Source of the DNA: Candidatus Heimdallarchaeota archaeon
Lineage (GTDB): Archaea > Asgardarchaeota > Heimdallarchaeia > JABLTI01
Direction: 5' to 3'
DNA length: 17,818 nucleotides
Assembly: GCA_030614005.1 (NCBI GenBank)
Contig: JAUWKS010000065.1
Span: 1 to 17,818 of the forward strand
How positions within the stretch are numbered: position 1 is the stretch's first letter; every line of letters begins with the position of its first letter. Shown here in pieces: positions 1-7,835 of this stretch. The translations under genes and the position numbers were made by a program. A model generated the notes under the pieces. That model saw only the letters and a list, made by a program, of their open reading frames with translations, was not told where the DNA came from and made no database searches.

Positions 1-432
1 AGAGATAGAATTATCACCAATATTACTAATATATGCTTTTGACCCATCAGGATGCAAGGATACCATATGAGTCATTCTTCTGCCCTCAATAATTTTTTCT
101 ACAGCGTCTGTAGCAACATCAATGATGAACACCTTATTTGCGTAGGTACTTGCTAATACAACTTTAGATCCATCTTGGAGAACAGCAGATTCATGAGGAA
201 AACGGAACTCGGGATGTTTAATGATAGATAGTCGCTCAAGCTTTTTCATATCAAATACTTCTACAGTGTTTTCTCCTGCACAAGAAATGTACGCTTTTTG
301 ACCATTTGGTGTGACAGAAACTTCGTGAGGATTCTTTCCTACAGAAACAGTTTTGACGATTTTGCCTGTGGGTTCATCAACAAAAGAAACAGTATCTTCA
401 TCTTTATTTAATACAATTAAGTAATCAGTCAT
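1..432 (-). CDS. YVTN/YncE-family beta-propeller protein (N-terminal part; runs off the left edge)
   Basis: Manual translation from ATG 432: MTDYLIVLNKDEDTVSFVDEPTGKIVKTVSVGKNPHEVSVTPNGQKAYISCAGENTVEVFD...HMVSLHPDGSKAYISNIGDNSIS. Repeated 'P(N/D)G.KAY(I/V)S...N(T/S)(V/I)' blades of about 40 aa. Not in the ORF track. Confidence 0.85.
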   Translation of the reverse strand, partial: MTDYLIVLNKDEDTVSFVDEPTGKIVKTVSVGKNPHEVSVTPNGQKAYISCAGENTVEVFDMKKLERLSIIKHPEFRFPHESAVLQDGSKVVLASTYANKVFIIDVATDAVEKIIEGRRMTHMVSLHPDGSKAYISNIGDNSIS

Positions 433-514
433 CTTAGCACTTCATGAAAAAATAGCACTCGAACTTTTAGAAGTTTGCTGTTCATAAAATGAGAAGAAAA
501 GTACATTCTATTTT

Positions 515-528
515 TTATCTATAGATAA
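515..528. promoter_or_regulatory. Perfect 14-bp palindrome TTATCTATAGATAA; possible operator
   Basis: Seen directly, about 85-95 nt upstream of the YVTN start. It is AT-rich, so chance occurrence is possible. Confidence 0.25.
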
Positions 529-541
529 GAAGTTAGCTATG

Positions 542-550
542 AAAAAAAAA
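542..550 (-). terminator. Oligo-T (T9) archaeal terminator
   Basis: T9 on the minus strand, 6 nt after the TGA of the 557..1492 ORF. Confidence 0.5.
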
Positions 551-556
551 GAGGAA

Positions 557-1492
557 TCAATCTGCATAGTCCTCATCCTCGACAGCATAATAATTAATTA
601 TTTCTAGTTCATCATCAGGATAAGGATACAGAGATTTAACCCAACCAGTTACTGATTTTCTATAGAAATTAACAGCAATAATCAATGAAATAATACCTGG
701 AATGAGAAAGAAGAAAATATTAACGAGTAATGCATCGGTTTGGGTGAAATCAAATCCTAGCTCATTAAAACTGGCTACTTGCTCAGCAACATTAGCAAAA
801 ACAATCCCAGCAAAGAGAAAACTGAAGGCAGCATGGATAAAGAGGGTAATCGCTGAAAAGGAGACAGCTAATTTATGCAGATTAAAAAAGAAATATGAAG
901 TAATCAATATTATGAGACTAATTATTAAGATTAGTATTTCTGTGGAGAATATTTGCATCGTGCTAGCTAAAAATACTAGCCAGATTGCAGCAATTTTTAT
1001 CGTTAGAGGAGCTTCTTTAGATAAAGCAAATGTTCTAGAAGGGGAAATTTCAAAATTCGAATGGAAATACAACAGAAAGGGAGGAAGAGTGCTTAATCCT
1101 ATTATTAACAGTGTTACAGCAGTTCGATCTGAAGAAAAAGGAATTTGAATCAAGAATGATATGGCTAGAGTGCCAATTCGAACAAGTAATAGAAATATAG
1201 AACCAATTATTAGTATTTTAAGATTTTTTTCATTACAGAGAAATTGAGCCCTTTTGTTATTAAAATGAAAACTACTGCAGAACAGAAAAGAAATACCTAC
1301 TGCAAGAATGAAAGAAGTGCAAGCTAAAATAATTCCAAAAACACTAGCATAACCGATAATAGAAATTCCTCCATGAACATTGTAGAAAGGCAAAATAAAA
1401 AAGAGAACTGTGAGAGTAATCTCAAGTAGAATATGGATTGGAAAATAAATCAGTCGAAAGTACTTTAGTGTGAGATTTTCTTTCAAGATCAT
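557..1492 (-). CDS. Hypothetical polytopic membrane protein (about 8 TM, acidic Tyr-rich C-terminal tail)
   Basis: 311-aa ORF of hydrophobic stretches ending YPYPDDELEIINYYAVEDEDYAD, followed by a T-tract. No family recognised. Confidence 0.75.
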   Translation of the reverse strand: MILKENLTLKYFRLIYFPIHILLEITLTVLFFILPFYNVHGGISIIGYASVFGIILACTSFILAVGISFLFCSSFHFNNKRAQFLCNEKNLKILIIGSIFLLLVRIGTLAISFLIQIPFSSDRTAVTLLIIGLSTLPPFLLYFHSNFEISPSRTFALSKEAPLTIKIAAIWLVFLASTMQIFSTEILILIISLIILITSYFFFNLHKLAVSFSAITLFIHAAFSFLFAGIVFANVAEQVASFNELGFDFTQTDALLVNIFFFLIPGIISLIIAVNFYRKSVTGWVKSLYPYPDDELEIINYYAVEDEDYAD

Positions 1493-1840
1493 CGCTAGTC
1501 AACCCCATTGGTAAGTTTAGTTTACTGTGAATTATATATTTAAATACTATTTTTACATTATACATATTGAACAATCTTTTTTTAGCGCTCGAAACGTTTC
1601 ATTGTAATAAATGCAATGTTTTTTTGCTTGCAAACAATGCTTATTTGGCATATAGTCGCCGTTTGTTTTTTCTTGTATAGTTACAGTCTTGGGAAAAGGG
1701 GTGAAAGCTAAAAATAAGGCGACAAAAAAGACCTTTTTTCAACCGCGGATAGCTTTTAGATTTATTCAAGAGAATAGTATACTTGAGAAGAAATACGATT
1801 TAGAGTGTTTGGATGAGAAAAGAAAAAAAAGGTGAAAAAA

Positions 1841-2938
1841 ATGTCCAAAAATAAAGTCAACTATGCTCAAGATACTTACCCTCAAGGAAAACTATCAGTA
1901 GGAATTGATTTTTCTAAAAGAGATATCATAAATCATCCCTCATTTAACAACAATAATAATTGCAGACAAGAAATAAAAGCAGAATTAATTAGTTTTGAAA
2001 GAGTAGATAAGACAGTCAGGCCTTACAAAAGCAAAATACAGCTTGGAAGCTATATTTCCAAAGATCACCTGCAGAAGATACTAAAGAAAGATAGAAGTGG
2101 TAGAAGCCTTTACTGCATACTGGAAAATATTAGAAAAAAAGATAAAGCTACTGCTGAATTGAGTAAGGATTTTAACTTATTGCGAGATTTCTTCCCTGCT
2201 GCTTTGGTATTAGAAGTTGAAGATTATTGCCTAAGGATGATGCCAAAAGTAGAGAAAAATACTGCGAAAAAAGGAGCAAATAGAATTACACCTAGAAAAA
2301 GAAGAGCATTTGTTTTAGCGGTATTCCGATCAGTTTGCAGGAAAAATGGTCGAGCAATTACAGAAGAATTAATGCATGAGATAAATCTACGTTTTGGATA
2401 CAAAAGAATGATGAAACTTTTTGAAGTCTTTCAGGCTGAAAATGAACTCATCCGTTGGAAACTTCTTGCTAAAAAAACAAATACCACTCAAAGCAATTTG
2501 AAGACCTTCTTCTTGAATACAATGAACCAATTCAACAAGCTAAAAGAAGAACCAACAATACAAGAAAATAATCAATTCATGGAAATTCTCTCCCTATCAA
2601 AGAAACATATTCTGGGTTTTGCTTCTCGAAAAGATTGTCATCAAGCAATAATTGAAATCACAAGACACAAGGATGCAGACTTTGCTGCACGACTAATAAT
2701 CTGGAGTATTGTAAAACATTTCGCCTTGGAAAAATATGAACTGAATTTTAAGAATCCTGAAGATTTAGAGGGATGGAAAACACTCTTTCTTGTAGACAGT
2801 GGATTGAATTGCGAAGATATTCCAATAAGATCATACAAATACATCTTTTGGTCAGAGTTTTCTCTAAGAAAAGACTTGAAAGAAAACAACCTGTTTCCAG
2901 AAACAGAATCACAAGAGGAAGAAGAAGCTGCTAATTAA
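1841..2938 (+). CDS. Hypothetical protein, possibly a divergent TFIIB/TFB core (two cyclin-like repeats) lacking the Zn ribbon
   Basis: GGTGA SD at 1831-1835 favours ATG 1841 over GTG 1832. ITPRKRRAFVLAVFRSVCRKNG and ITRHKDADFAARLIIWSIV resemble the TFB repeat helices (IRGRSIE.V.AA..YAACR and LTSGKSP.GL.AAALY). Confidence is high for the CDS and only about 0.35 for the TFB-like call. Confidence 0.7.
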   Translation: MSKNKVNYAQDTYPQGKLSVGIDFSKRDIINHPSFNNNNNCRQEIKAELISFERVDKTVRPYKSKIQLGSYISKDHLQKILKKDRSGRSLYCILENIRKKDKATAELSKDFNLLRDFFPAALVLEVEDYCLRMMPKVEKNTAKKGANRITPRKRRAFVLAVFRSVCRKNGRAITEELMHEINLRFGYKRMMKLFEVFQAENELIRWKLLAKKTNTTQSNLKTFFLNTMNQFNKLKEEPTIQENNQFMEILSLSKKHILGFASRKDCHQAIIEITRHKDADFAARLIIWSIVKHFALEKYELNFKNPEDLEGWKTLFLVDSGLNCEDIPIRSYKYIFWSEFSLRKDLKENNLFPETESQEEEEAAN

Positions 2939-2970
2939 AAGAAGTAGAATTGGAAAATAATTCCCATCTC

Positions 2971-2995
2971 TTTATTTGTTTATTTTTTTGTTCTT
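2971..2995 (+). terminator. T-rich terminator in a convergent intergenic gap
   Basis: TTTATTTGTTTATTTTTTTGTTCTT downstream of stop 2938. Confidence 0.45.
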
Positions 2996-3067
2996 AGAAG
3001 AAAAATTAAAAGAATACTTTCAATTAATTTTTGATGTATCCCTTTCGACTTAATATTCTTGAAAAGA

Positions 3068-3391
3068 TTAGTGTTTCTTCTTTATTGCTCGAATGAAAGC
3101 TAACTTCTCACTTGTACTTTCCTTTGCAGAGATTGCTTCTTTGAACTTTCTTTGCATCAGCTGGAGAATTTGACGAATTGTTTCTTCGTCTACGGAATAA
3201 TCTGTTTTTAATAGCTCCTCTGTACTTACAAGTGTGCATATTGGTTGTTGAGCTATTGCTGATGTCATTTCGTTAACCTGTTTTTCTCCAAATTTACTTA
3301 GGAAGAATAATAGTACACCTTTAACAACTGGTTCAGGTGTGCCCTCTACAAGTTTCATATATGCTTTGAAATAATCTTTTTCCTCTGACAT
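3068..3391 (-). CDS. Small hypothetical protein (107 aa, helical-looking)
   Basis: ATG 3391 preceded by GGTGAT SD. No recognisable family. Confidence 0.75.
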   Translation of the reverse strand: MSEEKDYFKAYMKLVEGTPEPVVKGVLLFFLSKFGEKQVNEMTSAIAQQPICTLVSTEELLKTDYSVDEETIRQILQLMQRKFKEAISAKESTSEKLAFIRAIKKKH

Positions 3392-3574
3392 GTACTATCA
3401 CCTATAATTTATGTTTGATAACCTACAAATAACTTTTAGTGATAATACCAATTTCTTTGCTTTTATTTTTAAGACTATTCTTCCTTTTGGAATGTGTCAT
3501 TTTAGTCGCTTATTTTATTAAATAATGCTCAAAAGTTAATTGAAAAGGAGTAAAGTGGCAAATTTTATAAGAGA

Positions 3575-3726
3575 ATCCCTCTGCAAAAGGGACAGTTCAT
3601 TACTTGTTGTTGGGAGGCTTATTTTCCGCCCCCCGGAGAAGCAATCTCCCTCGGCGAGCAAAATGGACATTTGAGCTGTACAAAGAAAATAATTCTTTTG
3701 GACTTTGTCCCTCATCTCGGAGGGAC
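3575..3726 (-). ncRNA. Candidate structured RNA or structured element of unknown family
   Basis: About 47% GC (3571-3730) versus about 18% (3731-3850), by manual count. Five adjacent hairpins; two pair fully only on the minus strand via G-U. Confidence 0.4.
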
Positions 3727-3991
3727 TTAGCCTAATTATTCCTTATAATTGTTTTACTATTAAAAATAGAAGATTTAAATTCATAGTATATATATTTTAA
3801 ACCTTGATACTGAGTAACATTTGTAAGTTAATTTCAAAATAATTATCTGATTAGTAATGATACTTGTATTGAGTAATATACAAGAGAAACATTCTTAGGC
3901 ATATACAAAGATGTCTCTGAAATGAGTATAGTTTCTCATAAAAAAGTAAAATTAGAAACTATCATACTGAAAAATTAGCGGGAAAAAAACC

Positions 3992-4786
3992 TTGGTAAAA
4001 ATAACACAAAGAATTTTAGACTTAATCTCTTTAGATGGGAAAATTGCTGTTGTAACAGGTGCTGCTTCAGGTATTGGATTTGCTACTGCCAAACTTCTTG
4101 CAGAAGCAGGCGCTACTATAGCTCTAATTGATATTAATGAATCAGCAGGTGGAAAAGCCGTTAAGCAAATTGAAGATTCAGGTGGAAAAGCACAATATTT
4201 CAATTGCAATGTTACTTCAAATACTGAATGTAGAGAAACAGCAAAAAAAATCCATAAGGAATTTGGTAAAATAGATATTCTCTTCAATAATGCAGGTGTG
4301 ATACGCCGCAAGAATGTTCTAGACTTAGAAGAAGCTGATTGGGATTTAACTGTTAATGTTAACATGAAAGCAATTTACTTGCTCTCTCGTTATGTTATAC
4401 CTATTATGATTGAAGAAGGGAAAAGTGGGAGCATTATTAATACAGGTTCAGGATGGTCTCTCAAAGGTGGACCAGATGCTGTAGCCTATTGTGCTGCAAA
4501 AGGGGGAGTCTTAAATATGACTCGAGCAATGGCTATTGATCATGGTAAGCAAGGCATTCGTGTTAATTGTGTCTGTCCAGGAGACATCGACACCCCTCTT
4601 CTAAGAGGCGAAGCAAAACAACTGGGGGTCAATGAAGAAGAATTTTTGAAAGAAGCAGCTGATCGTCCACTCAATCGTGTTGGTATTCCAGAAGATGTTG
4701 CATTAGCTGTCCTATTTCTCGCAAGTGACCTTTCGAAGTGGGTTACTGGCACATTCTTACTTGTCGACGGCGGAGGGTTAGCCTAA
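3992..4786 (+). CDS. Classical short-chain dehydrogenase/reductase, probably NAD(H)-preferring
   Basis: TGAASGIG, NNAG, catalytic S (NTGS) and YCAAK, NCVCPG. Acidic residue after beta-2 (LIDIN). TTG start. Confidence 0.92.
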   Translation: MVKITQRILDLISLDGKIAVVTGAASGIGFATAKLLAEAGATIALIDINESAGGKAVKQIEDSGGKAQYFNCNVTSNTECRETAKKIHKEFGKIDILFNNAGVIRRKNVLDLEEADWDLTVNVNMKAIYLLSRYVIPIMIEEGKSGSIINTGSGWSLKGGPDAVAYCAAKGGVLNMTRAMAIDHGKQGIRVNCVCPGDIDTPLLRGEAKQLGVNEEEFLKEAADRPLNRVGIPEDVALAVLFLASDLSKWVTGTFLLVDGGGLA

Positions 4787-4825
4787 TTTAGTAGCTGAAA
4801 ATTATTATTGGTGGTATGAATCATT

Positions 4826-6232
4826 ATGGAAGAAAAGAAAAAATTTGTTCATCCTTATATTCCAAATTCTGTTCCAGAAATTAAAGCAAAAATGTTGAAA
4901 GAGATTGGTGTTAAGGATATTGATAGCCTATATGAAGACATTCCTGAGAGTTTAAAGTTTAAAGGTGAATTGAATTTACCTAAACCAATGCTGTCAGAGT
5001 ATGCCTTGGAAAGGCATGTAATGCAAATATTGGCAAAAAATCAAACCTGTCAAGAAAACCTTAGTTTCTTAGGAGGAGATTGCTGGCAACACCATGTTCC
5101 TGCAATTTGTGATGAAGTTAATCGTCGTTCTGAATTTTTAACTGCTTATGCCGGAGAACCTTATGAGGATCATGGAAGATTTCAATCACTATTTGAATAT
5201 GCTAGCATGATGGGTGAGCTATTAGAAATGGATGTTGTAAATGTCCCAACCTACGATTGGGGACAAGCAGCTAGTACAGCAATTAGAATGGCAGGTCGAA
5301 TTACAAGCCGAAATGAAATTTTAATTGCAAAGAGTATTTCCCCCGACAGGCTCAAGATTATCAGTAATTATTGTAATCCTGTTGTATCCATTAAACTAGT
5401 TGAATACGATTTGAAAACAGGACAGCTTGATCTTGATGATTTACAGGCAAAAATATCATCAAAAACAGCTGGCATCTATTTTGAAAATCCTTCCCATCTT
5501 GGAACTATTGATGGTCAAGGGCAAATCATTTCAGATATTGCTCACAAGAATGGTGCCTTATGTATTGTAGGTACTGACCCAATATCCTTAGGGGTATTAA
5601 CACCGCCAATAAATTATGGAGCAGATATCGTTTGTGGTGATGTGCAATCATTAGGCATCCATATGCAATATGGAGGAGGATTAGCAGGATATATTGCTAC
5701 TCGAGATGAAGAACAATATGTAATGGAATATCCATCACGTCTTTTTGGTATTACTCATACTTCAGTAGAAGGTGAATGGGGATTTGGTGACGTTACATAT
5801 GAGAGAACTTCTTTTCATGACAGAGTGGATGGGAAAGAATTCATTGGCACATGTTCAGCTTTGTGGGGGATTACTGCCGGAGTATACTTAGCATTAGCAG
5901 GACCTCAAGGCATGCAAGAATTGGGACAACTAATTTTACAGAAATCGCAATATGCGATGAAACGACTATCAGAGATTAAAGGTGTAAAAATACCATTCCC
6001 TAATTCTCCGCATTTCAAGGAGTTTGTTGTTGATTTCAAGGAATCCAATAAAACGGTAAAACAAGTGAACAAATCTTTACTCAAAAAAGGGATTTTTGGC
6101 GGTAAAGATATCTCTGCAGAATTTCAAGAATTAGGAAATTGTGCAGTCTATTGTATAACAGAGATACACACAATGGAAGATATTGATAGATTGGTTCAAG
6201 CACTTGACGAATGTTTGAATAAGGAGAAATGA
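4826..6232 (+). CDS. gcvPA: Glycine decarboxylase P-protein alpha-subunit (GcvPA)-like, divergent subfamily
   Basis: HPYIPNS...MLKEIG, SFLG, RSEFLTAY, LFEY.SM..EL..MDV.N, GADIVCGD...LG, GIFGGKD...EL, TE.HT.EDID.L all align with GcvPA. Several signature motifs are altered (see findings). Confidence 0.85.
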   Translation: MEEKKKFVHPYIPNSVPEIKAKMLKEIGVKDIDSLYEDIPESLKFKGELNLPKPMLSEYALERHVMQILAKNQTCQENLSFLGGDCWQHHVPAICDEVNRRSEFLTAYAGEPYEDHGRFQSLFEYASMMGELLEMDVVNVPTYDWGQAASTAIRMAGRITSRNEILIAKSISPDRLKIISNYCNPVVSIKLVEYDLKTGQLDLDDLQAKISSKTAGIYFENPSHLGTIDGQGQIISDIAHKNGALCIVGTDPISLGVLTPPINYGADIVCGDVQSLGIHMQYGGGLAGYIATRDEEQYVMEYPSRLFGITHTSVEGEWGFGDVTYERTSFHDRVDGKEFIGTCSALWGITAGVYLALAGPQGMQELGQLILQKSQYAMKRLSEIKGVKIPFPNSPHFKEFVVDFKESNKTVKQVNKSLLKKGIFGGKDISAEFQELGNCAVYCITEIHTMEDIDRLVQALDECLNKEK

Positions 6233-6261
6233 ATGTCCAAAGAAGTTAGGCTGTAATTACC

Positions 6262-7812
6262 ATGACTAAAAATACTAAAGTAAAGAATTTTCACCAAGCT
6301 AAATGGGATGAACCAATCATATTCGAATTAAGTACCAAAGGTGAAAGAGGCATACTTTTTCCTGAGATTGAGAAAGAAATAGAAGCAATTGTTGGTGACG
6401 GTTTTAGTAAATTACCTAAACAGATGATTAGAAAACAAGCTCCTCAATTGCCAGAATTAGCTCAAAAGCAAGTGCTGAAACATTATCTTCGTATATCACA
6501 ACAAACCCTAGGTGCTGACTTGAATGTTGATATTGGACAAGGAACCTGTACAATGAAATATAGTCCTAAAATCAACGAAAGATTTGCTGGTTCACCTAAA
6601 TTTACTGCTTTACATCCAGCTCAGGATGAAAGTACTGTTCAAGGAATACTTGAGATAATCTACAAATTAGATCTCTTTCTCAGAGAAATTTCTGGATTAG
6701 ATAAGTTTACTTTTCAACCAGGTGGTGGAGGTCAAGCTATTTTCGCTATGGTTTCTATCATTGAAGCATATCATGCAACAAATAATGAGGGAGAACAAAG
6801 AGATGAGATTATCTCTACAATGTTTTCTCATCCATCAGATGCAGCTGCCCCCACTGTCAAAGGTTACAAAGTAATCAATATTTATCCTAATGAGGATGGG
6901 CTGCCTGATATTGAAGCATTAAAGAAAGCGGTCTCTAAACGCACCGCAGCATTACTAATAACCAATCCGGAAGATACTGGAATCTTTAATCCTAAAATTA
7001 AAGAATTTACAGATATGGTTCATAAAGTAGGAGGACTTTGTGGATATGATCAAGCAAATGCAAATGGCCTCCTAGGGATAACTCGAGCGAAAGAAGCAGG
7101 ATTTGATATGTGTTTCTTCAATTTACACAAAACCTTTTCTTCACCACATGGTTGTGGAGGACCTGCAACAGGAGCTCTTGGAGTAAAAGAAGAAATTAGT
7201 GACTTTCTACCGGTTCCTTTGGTTGAATTTGATGGAAAAAAATATTACTTCAATTACGATCTACCTAAGAGCATTGGCAAAGTTAGAGCATTCTACGGAG
7301 CAGTTCCAGCCATATTAAAAGCATACTCTTGGATAATGAGTCTAGGAAGTGAGGGATTAAAAGAGGTTTCTCGCATTGCTGTGCTCAATAATAACTATCT
7401 TCTGAAGAAAGTTTTGGAAATACCAGGTGCAAGTGCTCCATATGCAAAAGGAAGGCATAGGATCGAGCAAGTACGGTATAGTTGGGAGGATCTTTACAAT
7501 GATACGGGAGTAACAACCGAAGATATAACATATCGAATGGTTGATTTTGGTTTCCATATGTGGTCAAGTCATCATCCGTTCATTGTTCCTCAACCCTTTA
7601 CTCTTGAACCCACTGAAGCTTACTCCAAAGCAGAAATGGATGAATATCTTGCAGGTTTAAGAAGAGTAGTTAAAGAAGCTCATGAGAATCCAGAACTAGT
7701 GAAGAGTGCTCCTCATCGTAGTGTCGTGCATAAAATAGACCATGAACCATTAGATAATCCAGCAAAATGGGCAATTACTTGGAGAGCCTATTTGAAAAAA
7801 AATAAAAAGTAA
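6262..7812 (+). CDS. gcvPB: Glycine decarboxylase P-protein beta-subunit (GcvPB)-like, PLP-binding, divergent subfamily
   Basis: IFELS..GERG, GTCTMKYSPKINE, HP.Q.E.TVQG, NLHKTFSSPHG (PLP Lys), EPTE..SK. Confidence 0.87.
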   Translation: MTKNTKVKNFHQAKWDEPIIFELSTKGERGILFPEIEKEIEAIVGDGFSKLPKQMIRKQAPQLPELAQKQVLKHYLRISQQTLGADLNVDIGQGTCTMKYSPKINERFAGSPKFTALHPAQDESTVQGILEIIYKLDLFLREISGLDKFTFQPGGGGQAIFAMVSIIEAYHATNNEGEQRDEIISTMFSHPSDAAAPTVKGYKVINIYPNEDGLPDIEALKKAVSKRTAALLITNPEDTGIFNPKIKEFTDMVHKVGGLCGYDQANANGLLGITRAKEAGFDMCFFNLHKTFSSPHGCGGPATGALGVKEEISDFLPVPLVEFDGKKYYFNYDLPKSIGKVRAFYGAVPAILKAYSWIMSLGSEGLKEVSRIAVLNNNYLLKKVLEIPGASAPYAKGRHRIEQVRYSWEDLYNDTGVTTEDITYRMVDFGFHMWSSHHPFIVPQPFTLEPTEAYSKAEMDEYLAGLRRVVKEAHENPELVKSAPHRSVVHKIDHEPLDNPAKWAITWRAYLKKNKK

Positions 7813-7835
7813 GTTTAGAAAAAGGACGGTATAAT

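Noticed and set aside
702-1148. 148-aa + strand ORF
   Set aside because: Antisense shadow fully inside the 557..1492 membrane-protein gene; no SD or recognisable motif.
3411-3521. 36-aa + strand ORF MFDNLQITF...
   Set aside because: No SD; overlaps the probable promoter of the 107-aa gene; expected by chance in AT-rich DNA.
3620-3660. Glycine-riboswitch resemblance (minus strand CGCCGAGGGAG...CUCCGG), tempting beside gcvP-like genes
   Set aside because: Lacks the 5' GGAGA and the CUCUCAGG core, and points away from the operon.
3575-3735. RNase P RNA, SRP RNA, SAM-I, Moco or guanidine-I identity for the hairpin island
   Set aside because: Only isolated fragments match (GGACAAAGUCC, CCCGGAGAAGCAA, GGAGGGAC, GCCUCCC). 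The required partners (P4 3' strand/ACAGAA, helix-8 GNRA stem and others) are absent.
3952-4752. Minus-strand ORFs of 137 aa and 70 aa
   Set aside because: Antisense to the clearly real SDR; antisense open frames are common in SDR genes.
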